64,000 nucleotides of DNA. It comes from Iphione sp. A-MEVVRFRX5. Taxonomy: Eukaryota. The notes beneath the pieces are model-generated. The model did no database searches. It saw only the letters and a list, made by a program, of their open reading frames with translations, and had not been told where the DNA came from. The position numbers and the translations under genes are program-made. The stretch lies in assembly GCA_976226885.1 (NCBI GenBank), contig OZ320316.1, positions 62,248,001 to 62,312,000 of the forward strand. Direction: 5' to 3'. This document shows positions 48,201-61,849 of this stretch, one piece after another. Position 1 is the first letter of the stretch. Every line of letters starts with the position of its first letter.

Positions 48201-51124
48201 TAGGCAGACAAACTCTCTAACAAAGTTCATAATAGAGGTTAAAAAAGTATTACACAAATATGCTCAGGAGAACTACTAGTTCCTTGAGTTAAAGCCATAA
48301 ATATCTGTAACAATGGTGTACCAAACAAACAACAATGTGTACCTAGATGCCCATGGGACAGGATCAATGTACTCATACATCTTGTGCCTCTCATTGTAAA
48401 TATCATATTTGTATATATGTAAATATGTGTCATTTATATATTATTGTACCACCATCCATACCATTCACACAATCAAAAAAAGGGTAATTGAACAATACTG
48501 ATTTACATTAAAATAGGGTTGGATAACCCTCTCATTTTAAACAGCAATCCTGTTGTGCATTTTAATGGGTTATTTATTTTGTTGTGTAGTTTTTCATGAA
48601 TTCTTTGCTGAGTTGTTCATTCTTTCATGACTTATTCATGCTGTCATGTAATTATTTATGAGTTATTTACAGTTGTGCAGTTTTGTCCTGTTGTGTAGTT
48701 TGTCATGAATCACGCTACACAAAACACCTTGATACAATGGGGGAAACAACAGTAAATGGCAAAAAAGCAGGAAACAACACAACACAAGCACAACCAAAAG
48801 GGCATCCCCGTGCATTCCCATATGTGATTATAGTCAATGATAATGCAAAGGAACCTTATACAAATGCATTAATGCAAGTATGGAAACTGGCCCCTGTGTA
48901 CTGAAGTCTCTGGGTTCCTCCCTACGGTAATGGGTTGATTGCCGTTTTTCTGTCATTCCGATGTAAAATTATGTTGTTTATATTCACGGTAAAATTTACG
49001 TCATTTACATTGTGAGTTAATTAAGCTAGAAAAACAAGTTCTAGCTCATATTCTTTCTTAGAAACTCGATTAGCTTTAATTTGGTTAAAGTTTTATCAAA
49101 ATCTGACCATTAGGAGTTGATTATTTGGGCTTAGAAAGATACCTCCTATCTTCATTTTTCTACAGGCAGCATGTAGGCTGTCATAGTCTGAGGTAGGACT
49201 GACTGTCATAGCCTTGCTACCAGTTACACCGATTATTTTTATGGTGCAACGTAATTCGGCGATGGGTTCATTGATCAACAGAAAGAGTCTATCTCAAAGT
49301 GATGCAACGCTCATGTCAAACGAATAAGGATGTAGGAGGACTTGCAACAGCTGCGGGATTGATTTTGTTTTAGATTTTTATTCCGTCATACCTATTACGT
49401 ATATATTTACACGTACATCTTTGGAAGCCCCAAGTACATATACACTAATTGTCTTTTTGTATTTGTGCTGAGATCACATGGATTGCATGTTTTCTTGACT
49501 ATAGGATAGGTCCCAACCAAGGAATGAGGATTCTGCTTTGTGATAATTCAACTAGGGGAAGCAAAGGTACTCCCATGAAAACTTAGGCTTGATAGTTTGT
49601 AAGCTACCTGCCTTTGCCTCTACCACCTACCCTGACCTTTCCTATGTGTCCTGATACTTCATTATCTACCCGCCCATTTTCCTTACCTGCAGGAGACCGT
49701 GGGAGCCTGTGGGAGGTGGGTGAGTGTGAGCATATGTGGACAATTATCCGGACCCTCACACACCGGGGTATCCATGATAATGTGCATGTGTGTGCGTGCG
49801 TGGCAGTGCATGTGGGTCTTGAGGGTCTTGGTTTAGAGGATGGATCTTGGGGGTCTTGTTTTAGAGGATGGGTTGCGAGTGTATCTATGTTGGATATATG
49901 AAAGACGGTGAATTTGCTCTGAAAAAGTACAAAAAGAGGCGAATTGGAATATGTATGAAAAGTGATGAATTCGATGGGGACATGTGCAGATGTGTGGATG
50001 TGCAGAATCATATTATTTTAATTAAACTTAATGTTCTTCAAAGACTATCTGCCGTATACTAATAGAGCCGTAGGCTGCGGGTGCGTGAAATTGTGAGACT
50101 GACCGAATAGGAGCATATGCAAGGCAATGCAAGGTAACACAAGGTAACACACCTGGACACCGTTGCAGGTAAGGAAACCCCACAATGAAATCTACCTGTT
50201 CTATAAATGTGCACTACAGCACACTACAATGAACACAGACAGCTCCGTAAGTAAGGAAACCTGGCCTTACTCACATTTCTGCTGACCTACTCATACACAC
50301 TCCACATCCCTGGTCCAGGGGGTAAAGTCCATAGAGCAAACATCTGCTTGGGCACACGTCTTGCGACATAAAAAAAAAGCTGGAACCAATATTCTAGGGC
50401 AAAGGAAACAGCGGGAAAGTAGATGCTACGCAATGTATGCAGATACGTAACAAATAGAAACTGGAACAAAAAAGCCCATTAACATGAGCGATAGGTGGGA
50501 AGAACCGGTTTGATGGACGCCGTATACCTACACGTAGTGGACAAGGTGATTCATTTGGTTTAAGGTGGAGAGATCGGACGTCAGACTTCAGAACTCATAC
50601 ATGGGCCAAGTGGTGCCCAGTTCCATCCGAGATGTAAGTCAGCGCATGCGTCTTCTGCGCGAGGCACGGACTACGCAGCAGCTTCCCTCCGCCTAGCATA
50701 ACGCTTCAACTAACCAGTGCGCCTTGTAAAAAACTATGTTATGCGGAAGTGACTTTGAGAAGATTCTCTTCCAAACTTATCCATTAATACGACGTATAGA
50801 CCACACTCAAATAAGACCCTTAACCAGTATTACTCAATATCCAAATGTATGCATACAGTTCCTCATTCTTTCGGTTAGTGTTCTGTTTTTATTTCCTTTA
50901 TTTAAAGTCCTAGCATGACTAGTTTGATTTTAAATTTAAAATTGGATTGGAAATCTGTGATGCGAATATCAGAGGTAACACTCTGTCAGAGCATTACGAA
51001 ATCAATTATTTTTCAAAAGTAATACCACATATACGGTAGATGGATTTAGAATTAATCTCTTATTGTTACTACAAATAAACCACTACAAAATATATACTGA
51101 ATGTTACTTTCCTTGCCTTTTCAG

Positions 51125-51354
51125 GATTACTCCCTTAATCTGTACATGCGCCAAACATGGGTAGATGAGCGTCTACAATACAATGAGACGGAGCTAGGCG
51201 TGGACAGACTGATACTTGATCATAGGCTTTACAATGAGATCTGGGTGCCCGATCTCTTCTTCAGCAATGAAAAGCGGTCCAACATTCACTGTGTGACCGT
51301 GCCCAACAGTATGATACGCATCTACTCTAATGGGACAGTGCTCTACAGTGCAAG
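51125..51354 (+). CDS. Gene B exon 4 (230 nt; loops D, A, E)
   Basis: DYSLNLYMRQTWVDERL...IWVPDLFFSNEK...NGTVLYSAR; donor AG|gtaagt. Confidence 0.95.
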
Positions 51355-52135
51355 GTAAGTCGTTTGGGTGTGAGGTGCATGTGAAATTCAATTAAAATTT
51401 ATCGAGGATAATGCAACATATGTGCAGAGAATTCTGTCTTATTGTAACAGCATGTGCTACCAAGTCCTAAAAAGAATCTATGTTTCTGGTAACAAGCTGA
51501 AAAAATAGAGTGAGTAGGTAGGTGGCATTTGCTTGATTTTTCTTATTTTTTTCATCTAAGTTCAAAATGACAATAACACATGTATATGGCAATATCACTT
51601 ACACTGCCTAGAGTTTTAAAAAACCAGTAGTGTGTAAACGCTAGTGATTTAGATAAAAAAAGGTCTGCTGTATGAGTCTCTAGCTTCCTTTATTCTGAAG
51701 ATTCACAAAACAATACAAAAAATAATAAGTTGCAAATGCCCAAATATTAGGGTCGATTGGTACACATATTTCTTTAATAGGCCTAAGCTCGAGGTTCCGA
51801 CCTGTGGTGCGATAAGCAATTGAAACAATACTATGGTCAGTAATAAGACCGACACCATATTGCGCTGAATATCAAATCTGTGATTCTCCAAATACGTACC
51901 AACGATTTTTTTTCAATGTAAACAGGTTCATGTTTGAATCAAAGGAGAGTGAAAGCCCAGCAGTGGCCCCACTTGATTCGCCAAACAATGCTGAGATGTC
52001 TAGATAAGTGCAGAGAAAATATCATGTATATAATATATTTGGATCACACTTATGTCGCTGGATCAGAGCAGTGACCTAGCTGATAGGTGAATTGACTATA
52101 TCCTCAGTGCACACTGTCTAATGTATTTTTTCCAG

Positions 52136-52218
52136 GTACACTTTGGGTCTGGTGTGCTACATGAATCTCCGAAACTTCCCTTTGGATAGACAATATTGTT
52201 TCATAAAAATCGAAAGCT
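52136..52218 (+). CDS. Gene B exon 5 (83 nt; Cys-loop CYMNLRNFPLDRQYC)
   Basis: C-x13-C; acceptor ttttttccag, donor T|gtaagt. Confidence 0.95.
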
Positions 52219-52589
52219 GTAAGTATTGGTCACTTAACATTGCCATCCATCTACGCGTAGTTCTGTTTGCATTGCACTACCAGGGATTCCGTGACCAATG
52301 CACCCCACACTGACACCATAAAACATTAATCAACAGTTTCCAAGGGCACCGGGCGCACTAAAACGTTTATATGACGAATTTCCAACGTCGCTCGACAGAT
52401 TGCGTGAATGTAGAAGGGGACAAACAATGATGGAAGAGGGTAGGGGAACTGATGAAAGCGTACAGGGCATGACCAACAGAGCATTAAGTAGTGATAGCGG
52501 CAACAGGCCCGTATGTGTGTGAGCGTATTCTAGATATAGGATCTCATATTCAAGAGAGGAAATGACAACGAAAGAATGTTAAACGCGAG

Positions 52590-53259
52590 GTTTCTCAAGA
52601 TGATTCTAAATATCTCCACTTCAGACATTACCTCTAAATGTAAAAGTTTTTTAAACATGTCTACAACGTTGCAGTGAAAGTCAGAAAAAAACTTTCCTGA
52701 CACCATGACAAAACTAAAAATTCTCACTTTCCAATGCTGGATTTGAACCCACTTTCTCAAATTCTAAGTCCACCACCTTATCTACTGATCTATTTGAAAA
52801 CTCCTTATCTTCATTGTCGAATGTAACCAAACTACACTCTAGAGAAATAATTAAACAAACTACAATATTCTAGGCCTGTTTCATCCTAATATTACTTAAA
52901 TATCATGACTTAGATCAATTAACACTCACATATTTTATCATTTTCATCTCACCTAAGCTAACTACAATGTCATAGACACTTATTATGTGATGTTATCTGA
53001 AAGTTGTTATTTGTTACAATATTCTAGGCCTCTTTTATCCTAATATTACTTAAAATTTAATTAAATGACTTAAGCCAATTAATATTTATATATTTTATCA
53101 AAACTTTTTCAAACTTAACCAAACTTAATGTTGTAGACATGTATGTAATTATTAATGTTATCTGAAAGTTGTGATTTAATGTTTATACAATGTTGTGTCA
53201 AGGTATTTTTCTAACCTAACCAAACTACAATGTTATAGATATGTTGTGTGTTAGCTGGG
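52590..53259. repeat. AT-rich repeat element with tandem subrepeats (TACAATATTCTAGGCCT x2, AACTACAATGT..TAGAC x3) and a tRNA-derived core; ends ...GTGTTAGCTGGG
   Basis: Direct reading of the subrepeats; same layout as 18505-19223. Confidence 0.55.
52727..52799 (-). repeat. tRNA-derived sequence (degenerate A box, B box GGTTCAAATCC)
   Basis: About 73 nt with 6 of 7 acceptor-like pairs but broken T and anticodon stems. Confidence 0.5.
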
Positions 53260-55634
53260 CTCCAACGTACCAACAGGCAAACTTGCTGCGCCGTGCGATA
53301 CATTTATTCTACATCAATCTTGCCGCAAACTCATGACGGAGAGAGCAATTAACGAAGTGGTGTTTCCGGCAAATCAGTATCTAATCCGAATCTACTGGGT
53401 TGGACGTATAATGATCACGGCCATTACCGCTAGAGCACTTTGCTCGGAGAAGTACGTACATGTATGAGTTCGTGAGAGGCACTCGTCCCTTAGGTGATAG
53501 AGCCGTGCGTTATCCCGCGCAGTGGGTGGTATAGACAACACTGGCAATTGAATATAACCCACGTCCCAACGGTGAGCTACCTCTAATTCAGGCATTAAAG
53601 TTGGGCATTCTGTCAACATGAAAGCTGCTGACAAAGAGAGGGGAAAGCAATTCAGCAGTTGCTGTCAAATAACAGACGGTCGATGACCCACCAGCGATGT
53701 GAAGATCATATGATGTGTAGGCACTGAGGACACCACTAAAACGTGTTTGTTCCAACAAAACCGGTAGTCAACAAATGTTTATTCTGGATTTTCCCATTGC
53801 GGTTTGTGTTTAAAGAAACAGAACCAATAATGAGGACACACCAATATAAATCGCCAAGTAACATCACTGATGAAATGCAGTTCAGAGGGATAATAGGTGA
53901 CCAAAATAGTTTTTTATATTCATCGTTTTTATCTGCTAGTGATGCAAGATCAAACATGTATAAGAAGAAAGAAATGACCAAATTTTCAGTGACCTCAGCA
54001 CTGTCATTAGTAGTATACAGCAAAAGTATGTCCAGGGAATTGTCCGGCATCAGCGGTTCAGCCAAGGGAATTCAAACAATGATTTGATAATACAGCATGT
54101 CATAATGGATTAGACGGTATGTAAGCCTCGTTTCTTGTCATCGTGAGGCACGAACGTCCCTCGAAGTAAACAACTTCCAAAATAAGTTCTTGTCGCTAAT
54201 CGCCTTTCTATGCCGCACGTGGAAATATTTGGTGTGAGACGATGAGGTGGGAGAGTTTCAATTCCAGCAGCGGTTGATGATTTTTCTTCTGCACATTATG
54301 GTAATCCAGCGATGACGCAGTATAGACCCTCGTTTCTTATAGTCAACAAGCGCCTTTGGCGTCTGCACTGGTTGATTAGAGTGTGTCTGTAGCATGGTGT
54401 GTTTGTGTGTGTGGAGGATCAGAGACTGGGGATGGGGGAAGGGGCAAAGTACAGACTCATCTGGCCTTTTACAACCTTGGTTCTACTTCACTTATCAGAG
54501 GGGGGTAGGAATACACCACTCTGTGTTGAAAGTAGGGCCACACAGTAGGGACTACTTTTGGGCAACATTTTATAAGGGTAGTGTAATAACTACGGGTGAC
54601 TGATTGTTCCAAAAGCTTGGGTGACTCAGTGCGTTTACAATAAATCTAAATTTCATTATTAGAAAGCTAATACCTGTACCAAACAATATACTAAGTGATT
54701 ATCACACAACACCAAACGGTGGCCGAGATGTGTAAGACCGCAGTATGATCCATTGCAAGCTCTCAGATTTTTATCATGCCACACTTATGTCTGCTGCATT
54801 ACTAACACAGCACAACACAAATACCATACCCAGTAAAGGACCATCTAATCTTTGGAAGATTTATTTGCATGAATAGATATTTGCATGACTTCAAATTCAC
54901 AATCATCAGGCATATATGTCTTGCAGGAGGTATACACTGTAACATGTCTTGAACGGATGAAAAATTATGTCAGTATCTCGTTTAAGTTTAAAGAATAAAA
55001 TTTATAAGTAAAATCTAGTTAACTGCATGTACACAACATCAAGGTGCATGTTAGGTGTGACCATCAGAGCCCTAAAGGCTTTTACAACAGGGTCATGATA
55101 TTTTGCAATCACAATTGTGCAAGACCTTCCTTGATCACGGCAACCACAGGCCAGAAGCTGGAAGTGGGAGGCTGGCATATCGGAGTGCATTCCGGTATTC
55201 CAAACTCTGGTGTGGCTAACTGCCATGATGTAGTATCCGTGCTGGACAGGACATGGTACTCCATCCACCACAATAATTATATACTAGATATCATATCAAA
55301 CATTTTTTCGATCCTGAGAATAGAGTCTCTGGAGCTGGCGGCAAGGGTTTGGTAGTACCTAAAGTCGCTACACCAACCTCTTCTAATTATTTCTAATACT
55401 TTACATATTTTGCGAGGTCAGTTGTCACTTTGTTTTCTCTTATAGGACAATAACTGCATCCAATATAGACATAATCAATGCATCCGGTAGTCTGAGAATG
55501 AGCCACCTCGGGATTACTGCTTGTTTTCCTTTATATATCAGCTTTTGCGATGCGTGATTAACTTCGTATACTTCTGTTCCGTTCTGTTCCGTTTCTAAAC
55601 CATTTGCTCATATTTACACTGGCTCTGATTCTAG

Positions 55635-55769
55635 ATGGTCACACCATGGATGAGATGATATTAGAGTGGCGCGCAGTCGATCCAGTACAGACAAGTGAAG
55701 ACTTGGAACTTCCACAGTTTAATCTAATACGAACAACTACGGAGGGATGTACCAAGTCCTACATCACGG
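55635..55769 (+). CDS. Gene B exon 6 (YGHTMDEMILEW...LELPQF...CTKSYIT)
   Basis: Acceptor ctgattctag, donor G|gtaggc. Confidence 0.93.
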
Positions 55770-55880
55770 GTAGGCTCTTTGTGTGAAACAAGTTTCTAAT
55801 TGGAAATGATACTTAGTTATCATTGGTCCAACTTAGGTAGACGAGGTTTGGCATTTAAAAGTAATATTTTGTTTGTTCAG

Positions 55881-56110
55881 GTTCCTACGCCTGTTTGAAG
55901 GCGACAACTTTATTAGAGCGGCAGTACGGTTACTACATGATCCAGACATACGTGCCAAGCTTGCTGATTGTTTCTCTATCCTGGGTGTCCTTTTGGATCA
56001 ACATGGACGCCGTACCGGCGCGCATCACGCTGGGTGTGCTCACTGTGCTCACGCTGACCACACAGTGCGTAGGCGTCTGGATGTCTCTGCCACGAGTCTC
56101 TTACATCAAG
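55881..56110 (+). CDS. Gene B exon 7 (loop C end, M1, M2)
   Basis: [27 protein letters not shown]...[33 protein letters not shown]; donor AAG|gtaatg. Confidence 0.95.
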
Positions 56111-57213
56111 GTAATGTCCCTCCTGCCTTCATCGTTCTCCAACCGGCCCAGCGCTGTTTAAATAATCATATCATGACAAATAGAAACTATTTGCTTGGGC
56201 ACTTGGCCATTGAACTATTACGGGTTGACGTTTGTACTGCTGACAAATGTATCAATTCCGTACACATTTCATTTGCATGGGTTACCCTCAGCTGGATTAT
56301 ATTTATTCTGATCACATTTCATACATCTGCAATGTATATGCCAATAACTTCCAGTGAAGATAACATGGACACTAATGGACATAGAATCCAACCAATTTGT
56401 CCACTGACCAAACTGTTACAATCTAAGGTGCTTAATGTAAAAATAAACAGTCCTGTAAGGTGCTGTTTTGACAGTTTTAAGTGTCACTTTATGGTAAACT
56501 CTGAAATTCTCGTACAACATGTGGTTACAGTATCATACTGTTGAGTCAATAACAAACAATAAGTTGTAACTACTTATAAATTGGCATAAGAAATTAAATG
56601 TATACTCTATGTTTTATCATAACATGATGGACTATGATGTGATATTTTAAATAAGCATAACGAATGGGGAAAATGTGTAAATACGTGATTTAACCTAATA
56701 TGAATAGCATGTAACGTTAAGTTTATATGCATTTTGCTGTAACAGTATAGTGGTGTCTGTATGGATTACCAGTATAGTGCAATTGTCTAACAGTATACCA
56801 TATGATATATTTATTTATGTAATGCTAAACAATAACAACACTATATATACTGTGCTAGTGGCACCAATAGTAATGTACCATTATTTTACAGTCAATGCTT
56901 TAGAGTGTCCAGAGAAATGATATCATAGAATGGATCCTGCATGCTTAACACTTTTGTTATTATGCAGACCGATTTATCTTCAAATTTTCATTGATGACTG
57001 CGTATTTTTATTGCGTGGGTGGGCTGTATTTCCCAGGAGAAATCCTTGTTAGCTTGAAACTTCAAGCCAACTTGTTTGCTCTCTCTTTTCCAATATAAAT
57101 TACAAAATAATCTAGGCGTTCTAATATGCCCGGCGATTTGAGGGCATGTGCATATATTTTTATATATATATATTACGGTTGATCTCCCTAATGCTATTTT
57201 TCTCCCCTAACAG

Positions 57214-57372
57214 GCTATTGATATATGGATGTCGATGTGTGTAGTGATGGTGTTTGCTGCCATGCTGGAGTTCGCCATTGTAAACACCTTGGGGCGACAG
57301 GAGATTCGGCGCATGAGTCAAAAAGCAAGGTCTAAAGCAAATGACGCCGAGGGGTCGGTTCCATCAGATATG
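57214..57372 (+). CDS. Gene B exon 8 (M3 and loop start)
   Basis: Acceptor cccctaacag; AIDIWMSMCVVMVFAAMLEFAIVN...; probable donor ATG|gttcgt (weak, exact end less certain). Confidence 0.85.
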
Positions 57373-57876
57373 GTTCGTGTCAGCATACAATTCGTTTTCC
57401 GTCTACTTCTACCGGTGTATCATTTTGTTCTACTTACATTAGAAATTTAAATAAAAACAAGGCTAGGTACTTCCGACAAATGTTCGGAATTCAAGTATTT
57501 TTTTCTAGTGATATATAGTATAAAAAGAGCGCTTTCGGCACTTGCACTTCTTAGTTTCTGATTGATGCCCTGTGTCAACTGATGTCCTCGGCGTCAAGAA
57601 GACGCGGAGGACATCAGTTCAACAATACAATTAAGCCAGCAGGACGTTACTGGTGGTCTACAGCACGCCATTCCCATCGATCCATTTTAACACTCTGTGT
57701 AGTAACCTGGTCCTGGGCAGCAATCGCTGGCTTTTCCACATCATGACCTGTCCCGAATTTGACCTTCTACTGTATATCTGCCATCCAACTGATTCTTACG
57801 GAGATGGTTTCTTTTATGTCTTTCACATTAAGTTCACCATGGTGATAAGAAGATATATGTGTGTCATTATTTGCAG

Positions 57877-58038
57877 ATAAAGCGAATGATGGACGAGTAC
57901 CAGTATGGTACACCTCAGATCTTTGACCCTAACAGCCGACAAATAGCCAGGCGTATCGACAAACTTGCCAGGAAAGCATTTCCTATTTTTTTCATAAGCT
58001 TTAATATTGTCTACTGGTGTTTCTTTCTCATAAATTAA
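57877..58038 (+). CDS. Gene B last exon (M4, stop)
   Basis: Acceptor atttgcag; ...ARRIDKLARKAFPIFFISFNIVYWCFFLIN*. AATAAA at 58037 and 58107. Confidence 0.93.
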   Translation: MKRMMDEYQYGTPQIFDPNSRQIARRIDKLARKAFPIFFISFNIVYWCFFLIN

Positions 58039-59284
58039 TAAATGTTGCAAAAACGGACCTGTTGTGTACATGTACTTGCAAGCTCTGACTACTTGGAATC
58101 ACACCAAATAAACTATATATCGAGCACGGCCCTCTTCATACTATATACCACAGGGGTAAGCTACCTAAGATAAGCTAAATTAGCATCTGTGGTAATACAT
58201 TGCGGAAGCCTGTGATATGAAGGAAGCTCAATGTTTAGTTGAAACTTCTTTCCAAGGCCGAGTACTTGATCCGTTGATCTAGACCTTAATTATAAGTCAC
58301 TGGTTGGCGTTTAGAATATTGGGTCAGCGTAGCAAATTCGTGCGTATTGTGCTGAACTCATTCATGTAACTATAGCTGTGATGTAATTACTTCATTTGTG
58401 GAGCAGGCTTGCTGCCATATGTCTCGTCACTATTTCCTTTCTCAGGTCTAAGCATTGTGATGAGTCACGTGCTAACACCATTGTGTTCTTCACTGAGTAG
58501 TTCTTACCTTGAAATAAATATATCTAATACTTCAAAGGAATTGTGAGTCCTGCTGTAGTTATACAATTTAAGTAGCATGATGCTAGGCTCTGTGTAACTT
58601 CAGAAAATTACATCAGTGTAAAAGACATTTGCACACATGTATCTCTATCGTATGCCATAGAGTTCCGTCTCAAAATAATTATACTCTTAATACATAGTAC
58701 AACACAACAGATTGTTTACCGCACAAGTAATCGGATCTCAGGACAGCATATCACAGCCTAAAGTTTTATTCTAAGCAAGTGCAAGAATATTTTCTATAAG
58801 GAGAAAATCAATCTGTAATAGAACGGCTAATTTATCTTAATAATAAAGGCCTCATAACAGGCTCCTGTTGTTAAAAATAAACACCAGAGGGCGTCTCAGG
58901 AAGGGGGACAAACGAGCGTCTAAATGCAGGTACATTTTAGCTCATGAGAAACGGACACAATCAGGTGAGTGGCTGGATCGAGATGGGTATCTATACTCCT
59001 CGGGATGGTCAGAGCACGGCAACCACATGTCTCATCACGACCCCATTACAATTTTGAATATTGGATGTTCGAGATTTATCGTAAAATTTATCGCCTCCTT
59101 GAATCCATAAAAACTGTTGACGGTGGCTCCACCTAGCTCCATGCGAGGTGGCAATCTCAATAAAAGCGAAAATGCATAAATCATAAAAGCACACATGTTG
59201 AGACATTCATATCAGCATAACATTTCTCATTAAACAGATGTGTCCTAATTGTTCCCCAATAGGCGATCCGGGATGACTCGTTCT

Positions 59285-59444
59285 CAGGCCCGTAGCCAAG
59301 AGGTTTTCTGGGGGGTATCGGACGATACCCCCAATACCAGAGAGGTGGAACTAATATTTTTGTTTTACTATCAAGGCCTATAGTAATGAATGTCTATGGG
59401 GGGTATCGGACGCTACCCCCGATACCCCCTTGGCTACGGGCCTG
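59285..59444. mobile_element. 160-bp MITE with perfect 16-bp TIRs (CAGGCCCGTAGCCAAG) and a 5-bp flanking direct repeat GTTCT
   Basis: TIRs at 59285-59300 and 59429-59444; GTTCT at 59280-59284 and 59445-59449; no coding capacity. Confidence 0.85.
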
Positions 59445-61652
59445 GTTCTAACACAAGGAATTCCCCATGGGGCTGTTTGAAAATATAGTGCCATTTCTAG
59501 GTTATATTGACACCCTCACGCCTAAATCTAAAGACTTTTCTGTTGTCACTAAAAGAGCGGCATATGGAGAGTAGACTATATGCCTCTTTTGTTCAGGTTT
59601 TACTCGTCAGTTTTTTGTGGGGTTTCCAGAGGATGAACGTTACCTTTCTGGTTTTCCTTGAAATAAAAAAAATCCCATTTCATCATTGGAGACTAGAAAA
59701 TAAGTCATATCAAATTCGCTCGTTCCCTTTACATAATGTCTCGCACAGAGAATAATACTGCTTTTGCACTAGGTTAAAACATACCTGGGCAATTATGGGT
59801 GCAAACCACTATTTCAGAATGTCAAGCGCAGAGTGAAACAGATAACTACATGTTATGATTTCTTCGCTGGGGGAAGGACAAATTGTTACACTACCTATAT
59901 AAAACGTTGCCTGAAAGTAGTACCAGCCATGGTGGCAGACATCTTGCAAGAGTTTATGAGGCTTTGTATCACTACACCTATCATTTGGGCAGTTAGCAGT
60001 CTGTATACTTTGACCCCTTGAGTCAACCCCCAAGTCGGCGGCTGAAGGCGCTTGTTACAAATGACAATGCTGTACTTGACATGCTTCTGAAACGCATAAT
60101 TGGCACACACACATTTTAAAACAAACAATAAAAGATTATCTCAGCTAATATAATCAATTAAGCAACCTGAGGAAACAATCATTGCTGAAAAAGAATCACA
60201 TTGGTGTTATGTTCCCTTTAAATCATCAATCATTAAATTACTACACAATATTTGTGGAGTAAAGCTTACATCATGTGGATGGTGAATTATGAGATTCCTT
60301 TATTAAGGCTAAAGAGGGAAGGCTTATGATACCAAATACCCAATTTGGTTTTAAAATGCCATGATAAATATATAGCGGTCTGTTGATGCATAAGGTTGAC
60401 CGCCCAAAACAATCATGTCTTCACCGATCACTTTTGGGCTTTAACTCTGCCCACTGCAAAATGTCACAACCATGTGCTTCCAGCATACACGTTTATGCAT
60501 ACAAAAGCAAGTTATTTCAACTGTAACATTAAGACAGAATTTCAACTCTCCCATTGACTCTAATGCTAGACAACTTTGTCTGTCTATGCTCGATTTTCCT
60601 ACATTTCGGCAGAATGCCCTGGGATTGGCTAGACACAACTGTAATGCGAAAAAAAGCAATCAAATAATTGATGGCAGGAACTTGACACTTAACATCTCCA
60701 CAGCCATTGACTGACCAGAATTACGTTTACTTCAGTCTATATCTAATCGCAATGCAGTGTATTTTGTAATATGTCTGTTTTCAAACGCGAAAGCGACAGA
60801 TAGTTGTTTCAGATGTTGCAAATCAATGCCTAGACCTATTTCCCTACGCAGAGGATATTACACAGGTACTTGCTATACAAAAGGGGAACATGGCGGATAC
60901 TTCTTTCACCGTATAGTCTTGAGACGGATATGATACCAGAAATCTGCGTCCATATTTTGGTTATTGACAGGGAAAAACGATAAACATCTATATAATATTC
61001 GAGCTAAGCACAGCAAAGTGGACAAAATTATGTCAAATGAAGTGCGATAAAACGTTTAGAAGAAAGACATATTTCTTGGTACCTTTCATATGAAGGTTAT
61101 TTCACGTAACTGAAGACACTGAGCAGAACTGAAGAGTTCTTTACTCAAATACGCTTACAGAGAAATGACACCTACACATTAACACCATGCACCATTCTCT
61201 AATAACACACTATCCAAGTTACTTTCACAAAACATAAGGATTAGATTATCAATAGCTATAGATATTGATTAAAATTAAAACTTACTACCTGTTGTAGAAC
61301 TACTTTAAAATATTGCTACGAGACAAAACATCCTTCATTTGTAAATATACATTCTCATCGACTCCTATAAATAAATCTATGTACAAACGTAGGTAACCAG
61401 ACACAAATAACCTGTATGATAATCGCTTCTCTGCATGTTTATAGCCGAAAAACATTCATTTAACCAAGTAGCCCCACACGCCTTTCATGGTCCTCACTGG
61501 CAACTGTACCAGAAACAAGCTTTCATACATATAAATTATCCCCCTTTGCCGAGGTGGAGAACTTCAGTAGCCACTGGTGGACACGTCTAGCAGGCAGTTG
61601 GTCTCGGAATTCATTACAATAAGTCCAACATATTCTAAAAATTCAGGAAGTG

Positions 61653-61713
61653 CTAAGCCAATTTCTTGCTATGTTCTTCGGAGATCAACCATGCCGATTC
61701 CTGAACGGTGTAT
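61653..61713 (-). CDS. iGluR candidate short terminal exon (ESAWLISEEHSKKLA* from acceptor 61700, or IHRSGIGMVDLRRT* from acceptor 61713)
   Basis: The nearest phase-0 acceptors after the M4 exon; sequence alone cannot choose between them. Confidence 0.3.
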
Positions 61714-61849
61714 CTTAAAAAAATAAGTCATAGGAAATTGATCAGTTAAAAATACAGGCAACTAACGTATTAAGTGAATAAGTCGTCTTGTATATTTACC
61801 GACAGTTCGATAATGATTGTGATTTTTAAAGCAAATCCTTGGGGCATAC

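Larger units (their letters stand above)
44228..58038 (+). other. Gene B span: anion-selective Cys-loop receptor subunit (GlyR/GABA-like), 9 coding exons, 432 aa
   Basis: Exons 44228-44391, 46226-46293, 46907-46974, 51125-51354, 52136-52218, 55635-55769, 55881-56110, 57214-57372 and 57877-58038 sum to 1299 nt with compatible phases. Confidence 0.94.

Noticed and set aside
55873-56544. 223-aa ORF from the ORF track
   Set aside because: An off-frame reading across gene B exon 7 and intron; no recognisable domain.
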